DNA of 64,000 nucleotides from Owenia fusiformis (Eukaryota): NCBI GenBank assembly GCA_903813345.2, contig CAIIXF020000001.1, positions 28,644,001 to 28,708,000 of the forward strand, read 5' to 3'. Shown piece by piece: positions 53,231 to 64,000 of this stretch (position 1 is its first letter; each line of letters starts with the position of its first letter). The notes under the pieces were generated by a model. It saw only the letters and a program-made list of their open reading frames with translations, ran no database searches and was not told where the DNA came from. The position numbers and the translations under genes were made by a program.

Positions 53231-54498
53231 AGGGGGTAATATTTTAAGGACTGAAAGAATAGAGACGAGATGAATGTAACTCTTTGAAATACTTTGATCA
53301 ATTTATTTTTGCTCTCATTTCACGGCCTGTGATGATGGATACCCAGGTGTGATTCCATTTCATGTGAGCCAAAAATCCATTTATAAGATATTGATATTTC
53401 ATGTCGTAAAGAGGTTCATTGTATTATAAAAATAGTTCAGTCAAAGCTTACCTGAAAAACCTCTATTTACAGTCACTCCTGAGTGATTTTCACGTGCGTT
53501 TATTCCATTAGATAAAAAGTATACAGAGTCAATTGCCAGTTTTATGAAAAAAAAACATTCAAACGCGAATCAACACCTTCAACCTGCCTGCAACTACATG
53601 TGTATATTTTTCATTTAGCATTGTAATTCATTTTTATGACATCACAGAGAGATTTCTTAGCAATTATCTTGTCCAGCTAGATTTATTACTGTATGCTTTT
53701 GTAAAGTAAGTAAAAACCTTTCAGACATCTATTCAAAGCGAAGATAGATAACTACTACTGCCATCTTTCAATCAGTTTAAAACCTATAATTACAGTACTA
53801 ATATAGGGTAGGTCATTTTTGTTACCATCTCAACTTCCCTATTATTAGGAGTGTAATGGAGCTGTAGGAGAGCAGGCAAGTGTACAGGAGACCATTGTGG
53901 ATTTCTCAAACAGTAGGAGTAAGGACCACTTCCGATTGATAATAATTAAATAAACAAATTAATTAATTAGAAGTTTTCCAGTAATTAAACAATATCACAA
54001 GAGACATAAAAAGTATGCAAATTGTTCAACCACATCCATATTCGATAATGCAATACATAACAATACTATTTGTAATTTATGTTATTTACACATACTTTAT
54101 TATATACCCCTTAAATACAACATTATAGCATACTGCAAGTGTACATACATACAGTGGTTTGACGTATCTGTTATTCCTGTCTATTTACAGAAGTGATTGG
54201 TTGATGTGCTATACCCTTTACAGTTTCTAATTAAGCATTCACCAGATGAAGAATGGAGATGACACACTGTTATGGTTGACCAAGTAAAAAGTAAAGTGAT
54301 AGCAAATTTGCGTGCTGACATCAAATACAGGTTCATAACTTGGCCATTTAAAATTATGATTACCAACTGAAAATAGATGTTTAAATGTTATGTGATAGGA
54401 ATGACATTTTTGTTAGGTTTGTTACAGATTCAAAATTTTGAGTGATGGACTTCTGATCTAATAAGTAAATGCTCACATACTACTATGATTACACACAA

Positions 54499-55035
54499 CA
54501 CTGGTGATCCACTCGATTACGCTGGTTACCAAAACGAACCGTTTTGGTAACAAAATGTCGGAACGTCGAAGGCACGATTTTTCTTTTTTCCTTATTTCAC
54601 GCGTTGTAGGCAGAATCCCCACGACGTTTTTTCTCACAACGTGCATCAGTATCATATGTTTTAGAAAATGTACATGTTTGCTAAAAAATAGCTCAGAGGA
54701 CAACAGAATCGTCGATTTACTTCCTCACTTAAGTTACAGAAACGGTTTTTCGAAAAACAGTTAAGATCTGCACTTTTAACCCAAACCGTTTATGTAACTT
54801 AAATGAGGAAGTAAATCGACGATTCTGTTGTCTTCTGAACTATTTGTTCGCAAATATGTACACTTTCTTAAACTTATGATACTGATACACGTTTGTGTTA
54901 AAAAATGTCGTGGGAATTCTGCCTACAACGTGTAAAATAAGGAAACGAGAAAAATCGTACCTTCCGGATGTTCCGACATTTTGTTACCAAAACGAACCGT
55001 TTTGGTAACCAGCGTAATCGAGTGGATCACCAGTG
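54499..55035. mobile_element. Palindromic Transib-like MITE
   Basis: CACTGGTGATCC...GGATCACCAGTG; ~250-bp arms; exact 5-bp TSD CACAA. Confidence 0.88.
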
Positions 55036-55721
55036 CACAAGAGAAGGAATAACCCAGAATTTAGATATGAACAGGTGAGAAAATCATTTTTACATGAAGA
55101 CAGGTTCATCTTTGAGTTCTTGGTTATTTCCCCCTCTTAAACTCCTAAAACAAATTGACCTCACACTAATGACTTCATATATTAAACCTAACCTAAAATA
55201 AATTTGCCCTAAAAATCACTCATGGCACTTGATCAGTAGATAGAAAAGGTAGATTGATAATTATAGAAGAGGGGTAAGCTGTACTAGTTTGCCAGTATTG
55301 CACTATGCTCTTAGGACATTAGGAAAGCTAAGCACTTAGAAGTAAAAAGTTCCTGAAAAATGTAATCTTGATAACAAAAACAAATCAAAACAATGGAGGT
55401 CTAGTGAATGATATATAATAAATCATTTGTATCAATGTCAACTGCACAATGTCTTCAATATAATAATAATAATATACACTAATATAAATATTTACATCTG
55501 CTTAGAAATAAACAGTTCCAATCAGCTGAAATATTGACAACAAGACAGTAAATGATTTGGCTTATTTTGACTGTTGACAAGAATATGAGAAATATATCTA
55601 TGGTAACCATGTGGCAACCAAGGTGTTGAAAGAGGCAGAAAAAAACAGGGAAATATTCAGGTAACCATGTCCTCTATTGATTGTTTATTAAGTCTCATGA
55701 ACTGTGACTGTAGTATTCCAT

Positions 55722-57004
<1,283 letters not shown>

Positions 57005-57426
57005 TTATCAGACGTCTGTATTGTTAGAAAAAATGACTTTCGTTTTAGTTACACCAGGCACTCGAATGTCAACAAAATGGCCTCTTCTTGTTTATGTTGT
57101 TTACCGCTAAAACCTTGCGAGTTGAGATAAAATTCATCAAATCAAATCATGTTCACACAAAGGAAAAAATACATTTTCACTACAATTTATGTTAGCGCCA
57201 AAAAAATATGAATTTTACACTCTATATGATGGTTTTCAATAAATTTATATCGTTAATAAATAATATTTCAAAACAATCAATGGGTATTAATTTAGTCATG
57301 TGATTGCAAATCAAAAAAATAGTTCCAGGTTCAGTATTTCGTTTAGTACAAAAAGTACGTGCTAATCCCGGGCGTGGAAACTTACTATTCAGATAGTGGG
57401 AAGTTCTGCTATAAGCTGCCTGGATT

Positions 57427-57699
57427 CATGGGCGTATCGCCTATTACGCAAAATACGCACAGGCGTACCAAATGAATTTGAAAACAATTAAAAATCTGTT
57501 AAAATGCATTAATTTATTTGCGAATTTATTGATGCTTCCTATCGTATCTGTATGTTTACCATTGTCAACATTTATAAGTTGATAAAAACGCTTAGATTTC
57601 ATTAAATAACATCCTTGAAAGAAAAATTCGCGGGGGAGCATACCCCCCCCCCCCCCCCCGACACCCGTGACCAAGTCAAAATATAGCCATACGCCCATG
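57427..57699. mobile_element. MITE with CA...TG ends and 5-bp TSD (hAT5-like) upstream of GABARAP
   Basis: catgggcgtat / atacgcccatg; TSD GGATT. Confidence 0.75.
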
Positions 57700-58559
57700 G
57701 GATTATACTGATACAGATCCTTTGGAATGAAGATTGACAACTACGTAAAAAGGTTATTAATTTTGCATGCACTTTATCTATATCACAGGAATTGGAACAG
57801 ATAGAAAAAAAAATTCACCCCATTGCCTATTCCCACTCTCAGTCTGAGGACCAAGCAAATTGGTACACAGAGTGCAGAGAGTTTGAGGGGGCTTTTCGTT
57901 TCATGGTATATGATCAGTATTATATTATTTATATTGTGTTTTATGTTTAAACTACAGAATAATATATTATTTGATACAACAAACAGGTGAGGCAAATTTA
58001 GCCTGATGGATATTGTTCTAATATACAGAAGATTAGGCAACAATATTTTTTCACATTGGATTATGGTTTTGGATAGTTGGGGTTTGTTTTCCAATATGAT
58101 TTATGTAGACTTCATTGTTTTTTTTCTTGCTTGGTCCTTTCCCTTTTATGCGTACAAATTGATAAACATAACATATTTTGTATAATGTAGAAAGTATTTT
58201 ATTGAGAATATAGTGTTTCATATATACTGTATTATAATGATCTATGTGACTACATAATAATAAAAACAAAATTTGTTACTTGCTATCTCGCTGCATATAC
58301 ATGTACTTTAGTCATTTTCATTATTTTCAATGAAAAACTGATAACAGAAAACAAAGTCACTGTCCCCAACATTAGGGGATAAAAGGCATATCCATAACTG
58401 TATAAGAATCCATAACTGTATAAGATATCTATAATAGTCATAAATCTATTTAGACAATCATACAACTATATTAGAAAAAAATGTAACTGATTTAAATTAT
58501 CATATGTACAAACTTTATTATTGGACCAGCATAAAATGGATAAAAGTTTGAGGAATATA

Positions 58560-59312
58560 AGTTCTCTAGCCTATGAACCACATGAGTTCACTAGCCTATA
58601 TACCACTTGAGCTTACTAGCCTATATACTAAATGAGCTCACTTGACTATATACCACATGAGCTCACTAGCCTATATGCCAAATGAGCTCACTAGCCTATA
58701 TACCACACAAGCTCACTAGCCTATATACCAAATGAGCTCACTCGCATATATTCCACATAATGTCACTGGCCTATATACCACATGAGCTCACTAGCCTATA
58801 TACCACATGAGCTCACTTGCCTATTTACCGCATGAGCTCACTAGCCTATATACCAAGAGAGCTCACTTGCCTATATAGCACATGAGCTCACTAGCCTATA
58901 TGCCAAATAAGCTCACTAGCCTATATACCACATGAGCTCACTTGCCTATATACCGCATGAGCTCACTAGCCTATATACCAAGTGAGCTCACTTGCCTATA
59001 TAGCACATGAGCTCACTAGCCTATATACCACATGAGCTCACTTGCCTATATACCCCACGAGCTCACTAGTCTATATACCAAGTGAGCTCACTTGCCTATA
59101 TAGCACATGAGCTCACTAGCCTATATATTACATGAGTTCACTAGCCTATATACTAGATGAACTCTCTTGCCTATAAACCACATGAGCTCACTTGCCTATG
59201 TACCACATGAGCTCACTAGTCTATATACCACATGAGCTCACTAGCCTATATACCACAGCTCTCTAGTTATATACTGTACCACATGAGTTCAATAGCCTAT
59301 ATACGCATGAGC
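58560..59312. repeat. 25-bp minisatellite (~29 copies)
   Basis: atgagctcactagcctatataccac tandem units. Confidence 0.95.
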
Positions 59313-59562
59313 CCTGCATTGTTTTTTTTATAATAGGCATTCCTGTCACACTGGCAATAATAAGGCATAAATCAAGACACTTTGAACATAAAAATTTTAT
59401 TGTTTGCATTTTATTTTGCTTTTACAGTATACCATTTTACTTGACAATCGCATGCATCAATAATCATCATTTATTATTTGTACATATCATATCTTGTAGA
59501 AACATATCCATCAACAATATTTCTGACTTCTATATTTTGTGATCTACCCATAGCACCAACAC

Positions 59563-59664
59563 TAGTCTAGCTACAAGCCTCTGTGACCCCCCATGACTAA
59601 ACACCTTCTCACAAAGAGAATTGTTGTAATGTGGGGGGGGGGTCATCTCAGGGGCTTGAGACTA
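59563..59664. mobile_element. Small TAGTC...GACTA MITE (Academ-like ends); second copy at 61842-61949
   Basis: TSD CAC; shared gctacaagcctctgtgacccccc...aacaccttctcaca. Confidence 0.6.
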
Positions 59665-59945
59665 CACCGATAACTTCTTATGTATATGCTCATTGCTCTC
59701 CTTGTGTTTGAACCCTTTACTTTAGAGCAGGGATTACTATCCTAAGGGAGATACTTGAATTTCTTATGTTTTGAGAGCTTTATTGTAGGCCTATCTTATA
59801 ATTCTTACAGTTTGGGTCCTCATAATTCCTAAACAGACACAGTCAGTCCTCAGAATTAGGCTCATGAATGCAGTACACGAGGTACATATGAAAGTATAAT
59901 TAAGAATCAATTCATCAAAAATAAAGATGGATATATTTCTATTAA

Positions 59946-60785
59946 AGGCCCCATGTAAAGTTTAAACCACTTTGGCTTATATTGTAGTCTTACCCAATGT
60001 TATCAAAGTGTGATATGTGAAACTTTTTTTTTTTTTTTTAAATTTCAAAAAGTGGTTTTTGATAGACTTTTTGTTCCATAATTTGTGAATTTATTTAAAA
60101 CCAACTTTTAGAGGTCACTCATATCTTCTAATTAGCCTCAATTCATACCAATGCATAGCATTCATCCTCCCATGTTTTTTGCCGAAAGAATTAAGAAAAT
60201 CGGTTGATAAACAAGCGAGAAATGAACTTATCAGTGCATGAAAATGGTTCTGAGAAAAATGCATTTCAAAATTTTAGTTCTCATAGAAACCAATTGTACA
60301 ATGATATCTAAAAACATAATTTATTCTTCCTTTTAACCTGGTTAGACAATCAACATTGGTTTTTCATGAAAGTCTAGAATATTTAGAAAAGATTGACATC
60401 GAAAAAAAAATTCAATTTTTTTTAAAAAGTTTTTGTTACCTTAGTGACATCACTAATGTTTCAAAATATTTTTGATAAGCTAAAACATTGAAATGGCCCA
60501 TTAAATATGACATTTTACTATTGAAATAGTGTGTCTTTTGTTCAATCTTTGCGTTGGTGTTAAAAAGATAATCTTTTTTTGAAATGCATTAAGAAATATT
60601 TGATGATTAAGAAATTTCAACTTTATTTGGAAAATGGCGGGAAATTTGAATATTTGAGAAATGAAATGCTCACAACTTTTTTTTCAAAAATTTTTTTTGT
60701 TCAAAAATCTCTAAAATCACTTTTTAAGTCGTGACAAATAGTAAATGAATGATAAAAAAATATTTTCAAACTTTAGACGGGGACT
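59946..60785. mobile_element. Kolobok-like non-autonomous element
   Basis: TTAA|aggccccatgtaaagttt ... aaactttagacggggact|TTAA. Confidence 0.65.
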
Positions 60786-63214
60786 TTAACAAACAATACA
60801 ATGGTCACATCAACTAAATGAACATCTTATTTAGATTATCTCCCAAATGCCAAATGAGAAATCTCCTAGTATTGCATTGAGTCTCTGACCCCCTCCCCCT
60901 CTGACTCCAATAAGTGCACTCCTAGACTTGAGATGAGGTGTTTACAAAATGAGGTGGGTGGGGGGTGGAACTTCCATTAGAGGAAATCTTTTCATTATTT
61001 TCACCAAGAAGGAGGTTGATTTGTGTCCAAATATTTCACCTGTGTGTTTTTAGTAACATCTGGTGACTGAAAAGCTAGGTAGCTAGTTTTTATAACCAGG
61101 TTGGGACCAGTGTTAGTGAACTGTTGACAATTTTAAAAGGAGTAATTCTTAACTCGCAATGAGTTAAGAAAACAGAAGGATGTCTCATACACAGATATAT
61201 AAAAATAAAATTATTGCATTGACTTTCGTTAAGTAGACATAATTTGGTAGGAATTTATTGTATAACACACCAGGAGTAAATACATGATCGAGGCCTCATG
61301 AATTATCACCAGTCTCCAGAACTCAAATGCAAGACTACGCAACAAAAATGTTTAATGCATTTTCATTTTGGATTTGCGACAAGATGATAGTGAGGCCTCT
61401 AAAGTAATTCAAGTTTAGCACAAATTCCCAACAAAAATTTCCAATTTCCTCCAATTACCCCAGTAAATATACTAAGGGGTATTTCTTGGGCATGTGCCTT
61501 GGACTGATTATGAAAATACATATACATCAATCACTATCAATAATAAAAGGTAATATAATAAAAAATATCTCAATAACAAGTTCAGTTAACGCATACTTGA
61601 AACAGATGTCTCATGCACAAGTATTCACATGTATAATTAATAATTCACATGTATAATTAATAATTCACATGTATAATTAATGGTCCTATCAAATTCAGCT
61701 CCTATATACATGAAGCCATTCAGTTTTTACTTTTTACTCCAGGTTCACTTAAAACTCTGAACATTTACAACAATAAAACAAAAGAATAATTGGGTAATTG
61801 TAAACTTTTACATAGTATAACCCCCTCTGTAGTTTTCCACATAGTCAAGCTACAAGCCTCTGTGACCCCCTCCCTCTACTCGCTTAACACCTTCTCACAC
61901 AATTGTAGCGGTGAGGGGGGGGGGGGCACAAGGGCTTGTAGCTTGACTATTTCAACACAAGAATTGCTTCATAGATGTGAAATATATCTTTGTTGGTGAT
62001 TGGAATTTCAAAACACAATCATGCTCCAATCCCTCTAATAGTCCATATCTATACAGAGAACTGTCCATTTACATGTATTGCAATATCAAAGGAAATCAAT
62101 GAACTCGTTAACAAATGCATGACACTAATTGAGTGTTGATTGCATTCGAGCATGATTACATGGGATATGATGAAGCCATGTAACATAAAGATAAAATCCA
62201 TGTTCTTTCTCATCATGTCGGATTCCATGTGTCCAGGAATGGATTAGTCCGAGAATGCTACAAAATCATTATTTTCAATTTGATATTTGATAAAAACATT
62301 ACACACAAGCTTAAGGGATTTGGATGTATATTAACACAACCAATTTATAACTTGCATTTTGACGATAGTAGTAGGCTGTCATGGTTGTGCCAAGATCAAC
62401 CAATTCTCTCAATCAACCTACTTATTTTGGTTACTCAAGACCTTTATTAACAGTGACTGTTTTAATGTAATTGAGTACATAGTACTCATTATTTACTCAT
62501 CAAAATGTTTAAGTGTTAACAATCTTATATTTCACGATTCATTTAATTCAATGTACATTGAGTTACATTGCCTTCACATTACATAATATATGAAACACTT
62601 GGTTTAGGAAGCAGTAAATACCCATATACATAAAAGAAACCTTACATATGCATGATGTATATATTATTAATAAACTAACACTCCCTTATGCTGGGGTTAG
62701 TATAAATGAACTCAAAGCATGTTCCACAAAGCCATTAGTTTAAATCATACACAAAAAATAATCACAATTCTAAAAAAATTACTTTTATTTAGTCATTCAT
62801 AGAAAATAGTTGACTTACAAAATGTACATGTTAATTGATGTATGCAGATTACAGTTCAGATATGTCACTTCATCTGAGAAACATGTTACATTCTGATCAG
62901 GCTGTGTTATAAGCACTCATCCATTGATTAATACTGAATTAAACTTAAACTGAGCCACCAGATAATTACTAATTTTTACCAGTAAATCTAAAATCCTTAT
63001 AACACATCCTCAATCTGATCATTCAAACATTCAAAAGATCACATAGTATTATTCAATTCTATAAGTCATACGTACTGCAATTGCAAGCTATGGCATACTA
63101 TACACAAATATTGCACAAGAAACTTAACATTAGCAAAAAAATATCCTAATAGATGGTGCTGTAAGCATAGTACAATCAGATCCATAGTCTCTATACGTGG
63201 CCCTCTTCTCAAGG

Positions 63215-64000
63215 TCACTTCTTCAAAGGGTCAAGGTCATCCAAAGAGAAATCGTCAGTTCCAAAAGATAAACCCTGGCTGAAGCCCACCTACACACCAT
63301 GCATTGGAAGAAACAAAGCAATGTTAGTTAATCAGTCCAGAGATAAACATGGAAAGGTTTCAGGGGTCACAGTTTATTTCATCAACTTGTGACAACCCCT
63401 CCTCAAGTTTCGGAAACACTTTCATTTTTAATAGAGATCCAAAGAGAGAGATCTAGTTTTTTAGAACAATTTTTAAAGTGCTCCATGCATTCCGTCATGT
63501 AGTGTTTTATTTGGAATAGTCTTTTAGTATGAACAAAATCACAAGTGAACAACACAAAATATAATTCATGGAGGCTAATTACATAAAAAACCAAGCAATA
63601 TTCAACATGAATAATCTAAGCATTTCAATAAAGTACTGTGCACCTTTAATAACCTTAACAAACTATCCTTCCCATGCTAAAACATATTATATATAATGGA
63701 GTTTAAACTAATGTGTGAGAACTTATTCATGCAAAATACAACCAAACATGGTATGTATAGTTACTTGGCCATTGAGGTGTATGGTCATACAAAGGCAAGT
63801 CTCATGGTGGCAATGGATATGAATTGGATGGAAGCAAGATGGGGAATGATCTTGATTAGACCATCTAACAATGTTAACATTATTTGGCATTTGCTATTTC
63901 AACCCATATTTTTCATAAGACATAACCACCATGTGATTTCCAGTCCTAAGGGCATAGGGGACATTTACCTGTAAATCCATCATCTCTTGATTGACCTGGA
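63215..64000 (-). CDS. GULP1: Last two coding exons (63969->64000, 63215-63289) of a probable ced-6/GULP1 engulfment adaptor
   Basis: QVNQEMMDLQ|VGFSQGLSFGTDDFSLDDLDPLKK*, joined by a GT-AG intron in frame; resembles the invertebrate CED-6 C-terminus as recalled (GFSxGLSFGxDDFSLxxLDPL). PTB domain is outside the window. Confidence 0.65.

Noticed and set aside
58560-59312. Regular repeat with a palindromic core (tgagctca) as a CRISPR array
   Set aside because: Contiguous 25-bp units without spacers; no cas genes.

Overview
AT-rich, intron-rich animal genomic DNA, probably lophotrochozoan (mollusc/annelid-like, judged from the ELH precursor). Host genes: the 3' part of an ephexin/ARHGEF26-type RhoGEF (+, 201-11446) with an intronless HS2ST/UST-family sulfotransferase nested antisense in one intron; an egg-laying-hormone/DH44-type neuropeptide precursor (+, 31066-31380); ETHE1 (-, 9 coding exons, 32483-52068); GABARAP (-, 55722-56998); and the last exons of a probable ced-6/GULP1 (-, 63215-64000). 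The rest is dense in non-autonomous DNA transposons, a 5'-truncated RLE-type non-LTR retrotransposon and satellites. The most striking object is a 4,013-bp mini-Polinton/Maverick (38294-42306). It has 223-bp TIRs with no mismatch seen and a 6-bp TSD. It lacks polymerase, integrase and capsid genes but keeps an intact zinc-finger-fused A32-type packaging ATPase, a small basic protein, an ATGCTA array and an HSE/AP-1/FOXO/TATA promoter, so it is a candidate satellite of Polinton-like viruses. It sits in an 11.8-kb nested transposon stack inside one ETHE1 intron. All family assignments come from motif recognition by eye; no searches were run.
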